Source of the DNA: Candidatus Omnitrophota bacterium | GTDB lineage: Bacteria > Omnitrophota > Gorgyraeia > Zapsychrales > Zapsychraceae | DNA: 64,000 nucleotides | Assembly: GCA_035292445.1 (NCBI GenBank) | Contig: DATDQB010000020.1 | Location: 27,484-91,483, forward strand | Reading direction: 5' to 3' | Part shown: piece after piece, positions 48,137 to 56,551 of the stretch | Position numbering within the stretch: the stretch's first letter is position 1 | How the letters are laid out: each line of letters begins with the position of its first letter | Notes under the pieces: generated by a model | Seen by the model: the letters and a program-made list of their open reading frames with translations, nothing else | Database searches by the model: none | Told to the model about the DNA's origin: nothing | Position numbers and translations under genes: made by a program

Positions 48137-48716
48137 CCACCGTAGCCCCCGCTCCTATAAGACATCCTGGCGCGATCCTTTTGCCGACGATGACCGTACT
48201 GCCGGGGCCTATCAGAGACCCTTGCCCTATAAATACCCCTCCGCATAACGTCACGCCGGGCGCAACATGAACATGGTCTTCGATAACGCAATCGTGATCG
48301 ACCGATGATGTTGTATTAATAATGGCATTGTTGCCTATGCGACTGCCCGGGCCTATGATAACGCCTGCCGCGATAAATACGCCGCGGCCTAACTGCGCAT
48401 TACCGGATACGACCGCGCTCGGATGGATCACGTTAGGAAAACCAAAACCGATTCGCTGCACATCCTGGAAAAGGCTTTGGCGCGTTTTGTTATCCACCAC
48501 AGACCCAACGCAAATAAAAGCGTACCGATAGCCTTGGTCGAATAATGCCTGTAAGTCCTCATCACGGCCTAGAACAGGGACCCCGTCAACTGACTCTCCT
48601 TTGGTGAATAAAGGATCGGTAATGCCTGCGATCTCATATTGCCCGCTACTTTTTATCGCGTCGATAACAACACGGCAATGACCTCCCCCTCCTATTAATA
48701 AGACTTTGTCTTTCAT
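48048..48716 (-). CDS. NeuD/PglD-family hexapeptide-repeat sugar N/O-acetyltransferase
   Basis: 222 aa. It has an N-terminal Rossmann-like KVLLIGGGGHCRVVIDAI and C-terminal left-handed beta-helix hexapeptide repeats (IGPGSRIGNNAIINTTS...). Confidence 0.8.
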   Translation of the reverse strand: MKDKVLLIGGGGHCRVVIDAIKSSGQYEIAGITDPLFTKGESVDGVPVLGRDEDLQALFDQGYRYAFICVGSVVDNKTRQSLFQDVQRIGFGFPNVIHPSAVVSGNAQLGRGVFIAAGVIIGPGSRIGNNAIINTTSSVDHDCVIEDHVHVAPGVTLCGGVFIGQGSLIGPGSTVIVGKRIAPGCLIGAGATVVDDCKEAGTYWGTPARRKGAVSDIASIIQ

Positions 48717-49816
48717 GTACTGACCTTGGCCTTCTTTAAGATCTCACACACATATTCAATATCTTCATTTGTATTCAACGTTGAACTGGGCAAACATAGG
48801 CCGCGTTCATAGATCTCTTGGGCAACAGCATATTCCGCCTTGGCAAAACGCTGGTACGGCGGGAATGACGTCACCGGCATGAATATTCTTCGTGATTGGA
48901 TCCCCGCCAGTTCTAACTGCTTTTGGGTCTCTTGGACATCGGTCTCAGCATCAAAGAGAGCGCACGTCAACCAAAATGAAGGTTGGGTTTGAGGGTAAGC
49001 TTCTTGGAACACGATCGAACCCAAAGAAGAAAGGCGCCGACGATAGATATCATTAAACGCCTTTTTCTGCTGAAGGAATTGTTCAAAACTCTCCATTTGG
49101 GCGAGCCCTAACGCGGCCTGGATATTCGTCATGCGATAATTAAAACCTATTTCCGAATAATAATGGTCCCCTTCCAGATCCCGCGCTTGATTGACCAGGC
49201 ATCTGATGTGCCGGCTTCGCTTCTCCTGGGCGCTCACGACCATGCCTCCGCTTGCGGTCGTCATCGTTTTATTGCCGTTAAAGCTGAAACATCCGAAATC
49301 CCCGAACGTTCCCACATGGGCTCCCTTATAGGTCGCGCCTAGCGCTTCCGTCGCGTCCTCAACGACAAAAAGGTCATTTTCCTTCGCAATGTCCATGATC
49401 TCATCCATCGCGCAGGGATTGCCGTAAAGATGCACCGGAATGATGGCCTTTGTTCTTTCGGTGATGTTCTTACGGATCTCTTTAGGATCGATATTCCATG
49501 TCTTTGGGTCGACATCCACAAAAACAGGTGTGGCGCCGCAATACATAACGGGGTTGACCGTCGCAATGAACGTTAACGCGGGTACGATCACTTCATCGCC
49601 GGGCCCGATGCCAAGCTCGTGTAAAGATATGTGCAGCGCCGCCGTGCCGCTTTGCGTGGCTACGCCATAAGGCGAGCCTAAACGATGGGCGAGTGTGTCC
49701 TCAAATGTCTTTACAAATGTTCCCACGGAAGACACGTACCCGCTGTCAATGGCCTCATTGACATATTTTTTTTCTGTTGCCCCGACACGGGGCGCGTCTA
49801 AATATATTTTTTTCAT
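48713..49816 (-). CDS. DegT-family PLP-dependent sugar aminotransferase (LegC/PglE-like)
   Basis: 367 aa. The catalytic Lys is in FSFNGNKTMTTASGG. Confidence 0.85.
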   Translation of the reverse strand: MKKIYLDAPRVGATEKKYVNEAIDSGYVSSVGTFVKTFEDTLAHRLGSPYGVATQSGTAALHISLHELGIGPGDEVIVPALTFIATVNPVMYCGATPVFVDVDPKTWNIDPKEIRKNITERTKAIIPVHLYGNPCAMDEIMDIAKENDLFVVEDATEALGATYKGAHVGTFGDFGCFSFNGNKTMTTASGGMVVSAQEKRSRHIRCLVNQARDLEGDHYYSEIGFNYRMTNIQAALGLAQMESFEQFLQQKKAFNDIYRRRLSSLGSIVFQEAYPQTQPSFWLTCALFDAETDVQETQKQLELAGIQSRRIFMPVTSFPPYQRFAKAEYAVAQEIYERGLCLPSSTLNTNEDIEYVCEILKKAKVST

Positions 49817-49834
49817 TGGGTCGGCCTATTGCTT

Positions 49835-50908
49835 TTATACACGGTCGAGTTCCTCAACACTTCTTCGGTATTCTTCCCATTGCCCGACATCGATCCAGGA
49901 CTTCTCGCTGATCGGGAAAACAGACACTTTGCCGCCGGATTTTCTTACCCTTTCGATCAGATCCGTCATATGAAACACTTTATTGCGAGGGATGTAGGTA
50001 AGGGCCTTTTGGCTCAGGACATACATCCCGGTGCTGACCAAATAATCAAAAGAAGGCTTTTCCTGTAACTTGCTCAGCTCTCCCCCGTCATTGATCTCAC
50101 AGATCCCGTAAGGGACGACAAAGTGCCGCATGGAACCCACCAGCGTGATATCATTCCCGTTTTCCTGGTGGAACTTGACTAGTTCGCTGTAATCGCAATC
50201 GATGATAATGTCGCAATTCGTGACAAGGACGTCGCTATGCACCGTATTCAAGAGTTTTGTCAGGCACCCAGCTGTTCCCAGCGGTTTTCTTTCAATGAGA
50301 TATTCGATCTGATACTTGGGCTCTAATTCTTCGAAATAGGCCTTGATGATCTTCGATTTGTAGTTCAACGAGATGTAAAATTTTTTCACGCCGAATTCGC
50401 GTAACTTACCGATGATTATCTCGATGATCGGCTTTCCCTTAATGGGGATGAGCGGCTTAGGCAAAATTTCTGTGAACGGCGCCAGCCGCGTCCCGCTGCC
50501 GCCCGCCATGACCACGACCGGGACATTCAATTTCCGTTGATGGCGTTTCTTTGCCCCGTTAAAGACCGCATCCCACACCAGCACATCGACGATATTTCTA
50601 TTGGCGTCAATGACAGGATAGCAGTCTATTTTCTCTTTAAGCATCGCCTTCTTGACGTCTTCCAAATCATAATTCTCGCCAAATACGCGCGGTTTATTGT
50701 TATAGATCTCCTTGACCCCGCTTGAGACTTTACCGTTGGAGAGCACCCACCGGCGCACATCCCCATCCGTTACCGTGCCCAGTAAACGCTGCTTCTCATC
50801 GACCACGAATGCGATGCGCTTTGAATTATTATCCATGACGCGCATGGCTTCTTTGATGCTCGTTAGTTCCGTAATGAGAAATTTTTCAAGACTCTTTGAC
50901 ATATCCAT
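49835..50908 (-). CDS. CBS-pair domain fused to sugar-1-phosphate nucleotidyltransferase (PtmE-like)
   Basis: 357 aa. An N-terminal CBS pair is followed by VVVMAGGSGTRLAPFTEILPKPLIPIKGKPII. This is the same architecture as the GlcNAc-1-P guanylyltransferase of the C. jejuni legionaminic acid pathway. Confidence 0.7.
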   Translation of the reverse strand: MDMSKSLEKFLITELTSIKEAMRVMDNNSKRIAFVVDEKQRLLGTVTDGDVRRWVLSNGKVSSGVKEIYNNKPRVFGENYDLEDVKKAMLKEKIDCYPVIDANRNIVDVLVWDAVFNGAKKRHQRKLNVPVVVMAGGSGTRLAPFTEILPKPLIPIKGKPIIEIIIGKLREFGVKKFYISLNYKSKIIKAYFEELEPKYQIEYLIERKPLGTAGCLTKLLNTVHSDVLVTNCDIIIDCDYSELVKFHQENGNDITLVGSMRHFVVPYGICEINDGGELSKLQEKPSFDYLVSTGMYVLSQKALTYIPRNKVFHMTDLIERVRKSGGKVSVFPISEKSWIDVGQWEEYRRSVEELDRV

Positions 50909-50909
50909 T

Positions 50910-52766
50910 TTAAACTCCTATCAATTCGCCGCTTGCCGCATATAAATGCTGGTGCAGCCTCTGTTGCGCCTGGCCGTCGCAATAACGGTCGATATATTTT
51001 TTTACATACGCATCCTGGTATTCCTTGAATTCCTCTTCACTGCATTCATGAAGCCAATAGTGGGCGGCTTGCTTGAGCTGGTCATATCCTCTCACGCAAA
51101 ACTTTGGCATCTTGAATACGTCGAACACGGCCTGGTCAAACCTGTCTGATGTGACCTGACAGACCGCTCTTACGCCGCCAACGAGCGCTTCCTGGGTGGC
51201 GCTCGAATTAAAACCGCCGATCACCAGATCAAATATTCCCATAAAATCAAAACTCGCATAATGGGGCGCTTTTTCATTCGCAAAAATGACCCGCTCATGG
51301 CTGATGAGCTTCTTGAATTCAGCGTTCAACTCCTTGCTCTGCTCTATCGCATCCTGGCTTCTTGTCTTGAATATGAAAAAATACTGTTCGTGCTCTTGGA
51401 TGAAACGGTATGCATCGCGATAGCTCGCAATACCTTCCTCCAAATTAAAAAACCCGGCCCTTCCTATCGCCGTATCAAAAAACCCTATCAATTTTCTATC
51501 GAGCGGGACGCCGAATTCCCTTTTCAGCCGATCCTTACGTGCAGGATCATGCTTAGTCTCATAAATGATATCGGAGGGGTACGTGCCTGTATCAACATAA
51601 TTCTCGATGCAGTTCCTTGATCTTGAAAAATTATTGAGCGAAATAAAGTTTGAAAAGATGGTGCCGTAGACCGTATAACTGTAATACAAGTCAATGGGCA
51701 AACTCATATCTTCCCTGTAAACATAATCAAAACTCGCCGATTTGTAGACAAACACGGTTTGAGAACCATGCCTTTCCTGTATCAAGGTGCGCGAGACGCT
51801 CCCCGGGTCCTGAACAGCGATGAATTTCTCAACCCTGTACTTCTCGAAAAACATTCCCCATTCGATGAAATCCTTGATGGTCTTCAGATAAACCCTTAAC
51901 ACACCGAGCTTAGGCTTTTGAACCGACCGGAAAAGTGTTTGTAGGTGCTTGATCCCGGGAAGTATATTCTTTCGATAGACTTCCTGACTGAAATTTCTCG
52001 TCATTTCCTTGAAATAACATTGGTCGAACCCGTTCCCCGAAAGCCTCTCCAGAACCGGCGCCGACATCTTTCTGTCCATGACATAAAGCGTGTCCTTTTG
52101 ATCAACGCCCGTTTCAGGATGGATAAACTCAAGCTTGTTGATGTTCTTTTTCAGATCGATCCCGCTATCGAACATGAGTGCTGCATTCTTGTATTCTTTT
52201 ACTGCATATTTGGTTTCTTTGCCCTTCATGGTAAATTGCAAAATGGTTGGATAGAATTTTATCCCCATTCGGTAAACGAAGCTGGTTTTCAGTTCCTGCT
52301 GATACATCGCGTTAAGGTACCATGCGGGTATCGTAAAGCAATCCGGCAAGAAGCCTTTCTTTTCGGCCAAGATCTTGTAGATCGAATAATAAAATGGCTT
52401 CGGTATGAAATGTATCTTCTCTTTAATGTTGTGTTTCTTGACAAATTCGACGGCGAACGCAAAAGAGATCATAAGATCGGCCAACTGGGCAACGATCTCC
52501 TTTTGCATAAAGTTCTTCGCCCGAGGATCGGCAAAGGCGCGTATCAGGGCTTCTTCCTGTTCTTGCGTCACATAGTCCCGGTAAAACCAATCCATGGCTT
52601 TGGCCGCTTGAGAGCGCACAACATAGCGCTGGGTCAGATCAAATAGATCGCATTCAAGCAAGGTCGCATTGCGGCAATCCCCCTCTGCAACATAAAGGGA
52701 ACTATAGCCCTTGCATCTTGAAGGCTTATATTGAGCCGCGTGTTCTAATAAACAGACTTTTGACAT
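50910..52766 (-). CDS. Large hypothetical protein with a GT-B-like C-terminal region; paralog of 23563-25530 (candidate nonulosonate or other group transferase)
   Basis: 618 aa. The C-terminal LVIGGFNSSATQEALVGGV pattern and the N-terminal KEKIHFIPKPFYYS block are shared with the 655-aa ORF. Confidence 0.4.
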   Translation of the reverse strand: MSKVCLLEHAAQYKPSRCKGYSSLYVAEGDCRNATLLECDLFDLTQRYVVRSQAAKAMDWFYRDYVTQEQEEALIRAFADPRAKNFMQKEIVAQLADLMISFAFAVEFVKKHNIKEKIHFIPKPFYYSIYKILAEKKGFLPDCFTIPAWYLNAMYQQELKTSFVYRMGIKFYPTILQFTMKGKETKYAVKEYKNAALMFDSGIDLKKNINKLEFIHPETGVDQKDTLYVMDRKMSAPVLERLSGNGFDQCYFKEMTRNFSQEVYRKNILPGIKHLQTLFRSVQKPKLGVLRVYLKTIKDFIEWGMFFEKYRVEKFIAVQDPGSVSRTLIQERHGSQTVFVYKSASFDYVYREDMSLPIDLYYSYTVYGTIFSNFISLNNFSRSRNCIENYVDTGTYPSDIIYETKHDPARKDRLKREFGVPLDRKLIGFFDTAIGRAGFFNLEEGIASYRDAYRFIQEHEQYFFIFKTRSQDAIEQSKELNAEFKKLISHERVIFANEKAPHYASFDFMGIFDLVIGGFNSSATQEALVGGVRAVCQVTSDRFDQAVFDVFKMPKFCVRGYDQLKQAAHYWLHECSEEEFKEYQDAYVKKYIDRYCDGQAQQRLHQHLYAASGELIGV

Positions 52767-53473
52767 TTCTTCTCTTCCAGGTATTGCAGGGCGATCGCCA
52801 GATCGCCGCTCGTGTCAATATCAACGGATGACTTTTCATCCATGATAAAAGGCAATATATGCTTGTTGTGGTCCTGTAAATGGCACATGATCTCTGACGA
52901 GCCTAAGTAAATGGCCCCGTTAGGCAAATAATATGTATCTAAACCTTGGCGTTGCCGTTTCGTCAGGGCTTCATCAAAACAGAATTCAATATACCCGGCA
53001 TCATTCGTTCTCATCAGCCAGGCCGTCTTCTGAGGGGCTCGCGTGACAGAGATCAGATGATCTTTTTCTGTTTTTTTGTGCCGAAAATAATGCTCGATCG
53101 CCTGATCGATCTCTTTAGCTGACCTTAACGGCGACGTTGGCTGAAGAAGGACAATATAATCATATTGGCAATGCTCGTTCTCCTTGAGCCAGTTGACACA
53201 ATGCTCAATGGCGTGCTCGATCAATGATTCATCCTGGGCGAGTTGCGCCGGCCTTAAGAACGGAACGTCCGCACCGCCCTGACGAGCAATAGCGGCAATG
53301 GCTTCACTGTCCGTCGAAACAATGGTCCGGTCAATGTATTGGGAACCCTTGGCCGCCTCGATCGTCCAGCGGATCAACGATTTGCCACCAAGATCGGCAA
53401 GGTTCTTGTTCTTTAAACCCTTGGACCCGGCTCTTGCCCCAATGAACGCCAATATATTCTTCTTATTGAACAT
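52745..53473 (-). CDS. Acylneuraminate (nonulosonate) cytidylyltransferase, CMP-sugar synthetase, copy 2
   Basis: 242 aa. ILAFIGARAGSKGLKNKN...LLQPTSPLRS is present. Confidence 0.8.
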   Translation of the reverse strand: MFNKKNILAFIGARAGSKGLKNKNLADLGGKSLIRWTIEAAKGSQYIDRTIVSTDSEAIAAIARQGGADVPFLRPAQLAQDESLIEHAIEHCVNWLKENEHCQYDYIVLLQPTSPLRSAKEIDQAIEHYFRHKKTEKDHLISVTRAPQKTAWLMRTNDAGYIEFCFDEALTKRQRQGLDTYYLPNGAIYLGSSEIMCHLQDHNKHILPFIMDEKSSVDIDTSGDLAIALQYLEEKKCQKSVY

Positions 53474-53498
53474 TTCTTAATTGTCCTAATTATCCTTT

Positions 53499-53635
53499 AA
53501 GGTACAAGATAACAAGATACAAGTTCCAAACAAATCCCAAGCACCAAATTCAAAATAACAAACGGTCCGATAGGAATATTTGTTTGAAATTTGGGATTTG
53601 GAGTTTGTTTGTACCTTGTTTCTTGTATCTTGGAA
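53499..53635. repeat. Imperfect palindromic intergenic repeat element, copy B (about 137 nt)
   Basis: Left arm aaggtacaagataacaagatacaagttccaaacaaatcccaagcaccaaattcaaaataacaaacggtcc. Right arm gtttgaaatttgggatttggagtttgtttgtaccttgtttcttgtatcttggaa. The arms are reverse-complementary around the centre ggtccgatagg. It is related to copy A at 44827-44961. Confidence 0.55.
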
Positions 53636-53660
53636 TTTCATATTTCTATTTGATATTCTC

Positions 53661-55253
53661 TTATAATGGTTTCGCTTCTTTTTCTATAGGGGCATTGACC
53701 TTTTTATTGACCATATTGAAAGATGGCCCTGAAACGGCCAACGGCCTTGTCAACGCGTCCGCATCACCCCAATGTTTGCGGGTCTGCTCCAATAACCGCA
53801 GGTCCCTTTGCATGACAATTTGCTGTAAACCCAACAATTGCGCCGGTGAAAATTTATGGGAGATCGTTGCGGTGATCCGGGACGCATCCCCCAGGTCTTT
53901 GACAAAGGCCTCGAGATCGCCGGCATATTGCTGAAGGATCGAATCCTTATACGCGTAGTACCATTCCGATCCCGGATAAGGTGTTGCAAAGTGCGGCTTG
54001 GTATGGATGCCCAGTTTGATCAGGCATTCAATGGTCGTTTTCACACTTTCAAACGATTCCTGGGGAAAACCGATAATGATATTAGGGATGGGGATGATAC
54101 CCGATTCCATGCATATCTTCGGCGCCTCAAGATTGTTCTGTTGATTAACGCCCTTGCCTAAATTCTTAAGAATAAAGGGATCAAAGGACTCGATCCCGTA
54201 AACAAGGTGAGAGCAACCCGACTTATACATAAGGTCCAATAACTCTTTATTCGCCAAACTCGCGTGGCTTGTTCCCGACCAAAATACACCGCCTTTGTTC
54301 TCCTCATCGGGCGTCCCGTCCCGCCGGGAACTCGGTTGAAGCCCCTCTTTGATCCATAGATCACAAAGTTCCTGCAACCAGGATCTTTGTCCGGTGCGGC
54401 GGCTCGTCACATCCATCGTCATAAGGTTCTCATCGATAAAATTGATAAAATCGATCTGATATTTTTTCACTAACGTTTTGACCATATCCACGATATAGCG
54501 CGGGCTGTGGTAGCGGATATTGCGCCCGTACGTAAAACGCACGTCATTCTCGCCATGCTCGTTCTTTTCGATCACCATGTCGCCGGTCGTCCCCAAATGC
54601 CAGCAGAATTTGCAGACCAAACCGCATCCTAAACTGCCCATAATATCTATCCGCCTTTTTGAGCAGAAAGCGGCCTCGCTAAAGAGCAGCTGTGAATTCT
54701 TGAAATAGATCTCCAGAGGAAGCAGGTCCCAGGCCGGATAAGGCAACACATCCATGTCCTTGATATTTGGCCGGACCGGCGTTAGAACGCCCTTTTTATT
54801 CTTGTCCCGGTAACAGATGCCCAACGTATTTGTAAAATCATGGTCGTTCTTACCGATCTTATCGAGGATCTCGGGCCATGTAACGAACGATTCCCCCATA
54901 AGGCCCAGATCGATCTCGGGCAGCCATTCCATCATCTCTTTGGGCATACTGGTAAAGAACCCGCCGCCGGCAACAATAAATGACTTGGGGGAAATTTGCT
55001 TGCAGATCTTAAGCGTTCTCTTGATCGAGCCATACGTCGTTGTCAATCCGCCGATCGCGATGACATCCCAATCATCCGCGGCGCAGACCTTTTTCATCAT
55101 TTCCGGCCCCTTGCGCCAGGCGTTCTCGTCATAGATCTGGACTTGATGCCCCTTTTCGACCGCAATGCTGGCCAACAAACTTATCCCATAAGGGATGTGT
55201 TTTGGGTCATCTTCCTCCCTCACAATAGGATTGATCATCAATACTTTGGCCAT
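53661..55253 (-). CDS. B12-binding domain / radical SAM protein, copy 3
   Basis: 530 aa. It has an N-terminal B12-domain-like AKVLMINPIVRE...PYGISLLASIAV and a canonical cluster SLGCGLVCKFC (Cx3Cx2C). Confidence 0.8.
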   Translation of the reverse strand: MAKVLMINPIVREEDDPKHIPYGISLLASIAVEKGHQVQIYDENAWRKGPEMMKKVCAADDWDVIAIGGLTTTYGSIKRTLKICKQISPKSFIVAGGGFFTSMPKEMMEWLPEIDLGLMGESFVTWPEILDKIGKNDHDFTNTLGICYRDKNKKGVLTPVRPNIKDMDVLPYPAWDLLPLEIYFKNSQLLFSEAAFCSKRRIDIMGSLGCGLVCKFCWHLGTTGDMVIEKNEHGENDVRFTYGRNIRYHSPRYIVDMVKTLVKKYQIDFINFIDENLMTMDVTSRRTGQRSWLQELCDLWIKEGLQPSSRRDGTPDEENKGGVFWSGTSHASLANKELLDLMYKSGCSHLVYGIESFDPFILKNLGKGVNQQNNLEAPKICMESGIIPIPNIIIGFPQESFESVKTTIECLIKLGIHTKPHFATPYPGSEWYYAYKDSILQQYAGDLEAFVKDLGDASRITATISHKFSPAQLLGLQQIVMQRDLRLLEQTRKHWGDADALTRPLAVSGPSFNMVNKKVNAPIEKEAKPL

Positions 55254-56296
55254 TATGCTCGCTCCCCTCTCATCGACCCCAGAAATGAATCCAGGTTAAC
55301 ACATTGGATATTTTCACTAAAAAGGGTTCCCGCTTCCGTGCAGTTATAGGTCTCGGAGGTCTTTTTCTCCAATAACCCCAGGAAATTCCTTCGGTACCAA
55401 TAGTAAGTCGGGTCCGTATAAAATTTTTCTTTTGTTAAAGGGAACTCAAAATCCATGAAACATTGATCAATGTCTGAATCGCCCTCCAGATGATGGATCA
55501 ATTCATAATACGTCTGCGTTTTCTCCTTGGGCGTATCATAATAATAACCAAAGTCCATACCCACCAAGCCAATGCGGGGTATCTTTAAGATGGAATTCGC
55601 GAATACCCATGAGGCCGTTCCCACCGTTCCTCCTGTTGCCATACAGGGAAGTTTATTGATGGCGTATATCCTTTTTGTCAAACTGTCCGGCCTTTTCGGG
55701 TCATCCACAAGCGGGTTCCACCAATAGAGATCGCCCTTGGCTTCCTTTAATCTTTTAACAACATTGCGAGGAGCAGAGCTCGCAATGATAAATCTGCTTA
55801 AATGGCCCTGCTGATCAACGAGCTTAATATGTTCCTGATTCTGTTCGATCGAATTCTTGCGAAACGCCATATCCAGATCCTGCCTTGCGAAATAATCGTC
55901 AGCTTCGGCGTGCTTTTCAAAATCATGGTCGCCGAACCAGCGCACGATCCTGCTCGGATGGGGATCAAGGGTCAAGACAAAATCTGGTATAAGCCCCGCC
56001 TTAAGACAGGCGATATAGGCCCCATCGACGGCGATCACGCTGCCCCGAAACCCTTGCGCCGCGATCCTTTTGATCGAATTTCTCTTATACACGCTTGGCC
56101 CCGCGCTGATCACAATGGCCGATCTGGCCTTTTCACCCACTAAAGGAGGCAATTGTTTGATCGTTCTTTTCGCATCCGGCAAATTCAAACCGGCATGCTT
56201 GACCAATGTATCCGCGTGCCGCTGATAACCAACGCCGGCTACCTGCTCAACGATCTCCTTAAATTTATTTTCCTTAATTCCCGCTCCAGAACTCAC
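55253..56296 (-). CDS. Hypothetical protein (weak resemblance to DUF115/MptE-like proteins of the motility-accessory-factor type; unverified)
   Basis: 347 aa and soluble. A segment AIVISAGPSVYKRN...LTLDPHP recalls the GPS-containing core of DUF115 proteins. No firm motif is visible. Confidence 0.3.
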   Translation of the reverse strand: MSSGAGIKENKFKEIVEQVAGVGYQRHADTLVKHAGLNLPDAKRTIKQLPPLVGEKARSAIVISAGPSVYKRNSIKRIAAQGFRGSVIAVDGAYIACLKAGLIPDFVLTLDPHPSRIVRWFGDHDFEKHAEADDYFARQDLDMAFRKNSIEQNQEHIKLVDQQGHLSRFIIASSAPRNVVKRLKEAKGDLYWWNPLVDDPKRPDSLTKRIYAINKLPCMATGGTVGTASWVFANSILKIPRIGLVGMDFGYYYDTPKEKTQTYYELIHHLEGDSDIDQCFMDFEFPLTKEKFYTDPTYYWYRRNFLGLLEKKTSETYNCTEAGTLFSENIQCVNLDSFLGSMRGERA

Positions 56297-56508
56297 TACT
56301 CACCGTCCCCTTCCCACGTTAATTCCGTTCTTTCCATATAAACCATACTCCCGCCTAGCGAAGCCAACGCTTTCGCCCTTAATTGCTCACGAACAGAAGA
56401 TTTCTCAACCTTTTCATCATTTGCCTTTATAGGATTTTTGACTTTAAAATTGCCTTTTAAGATATCTTCTTCCATTTTTCCCTCCCGCTCATTTTTCCTC
56501 ATTTCCAT
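56296..56508 (-). CDS. Small hypothetical ORF (70 aa), Lys/Glu-rich
   Basis: It fills the 256-nt gap between the ABC exporter stop and the next gene. Its stop overlaps the downstream start (ATGA). There is no similarity clue, so it may be spurious. Confidence 0.25.
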   Translation of the reverse strand: MEMRKNEREGKMEEDILKGNFKVKNPIKANDEKVEKSSVREQLRAKALASLGGSMVYMERTELTWEGDGE

Positions 56509-56551
56509 AAATCAGAAGGAAATGAGCGAGGCTCGCCCCAACGGGGCGGCC

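Noticed and set aside
51945-52646. 233-aa plus-strand ORF, along with other plus-strand ORFs of 60-180 aa (for example 23812-24354, 35577-35993 and 43636-44040)
   Set aside because: All lie antisense to minus-strand genes with strong family signatures and have low-complexity, stop-avoiding compositions. They are treated as shadow ORFs.
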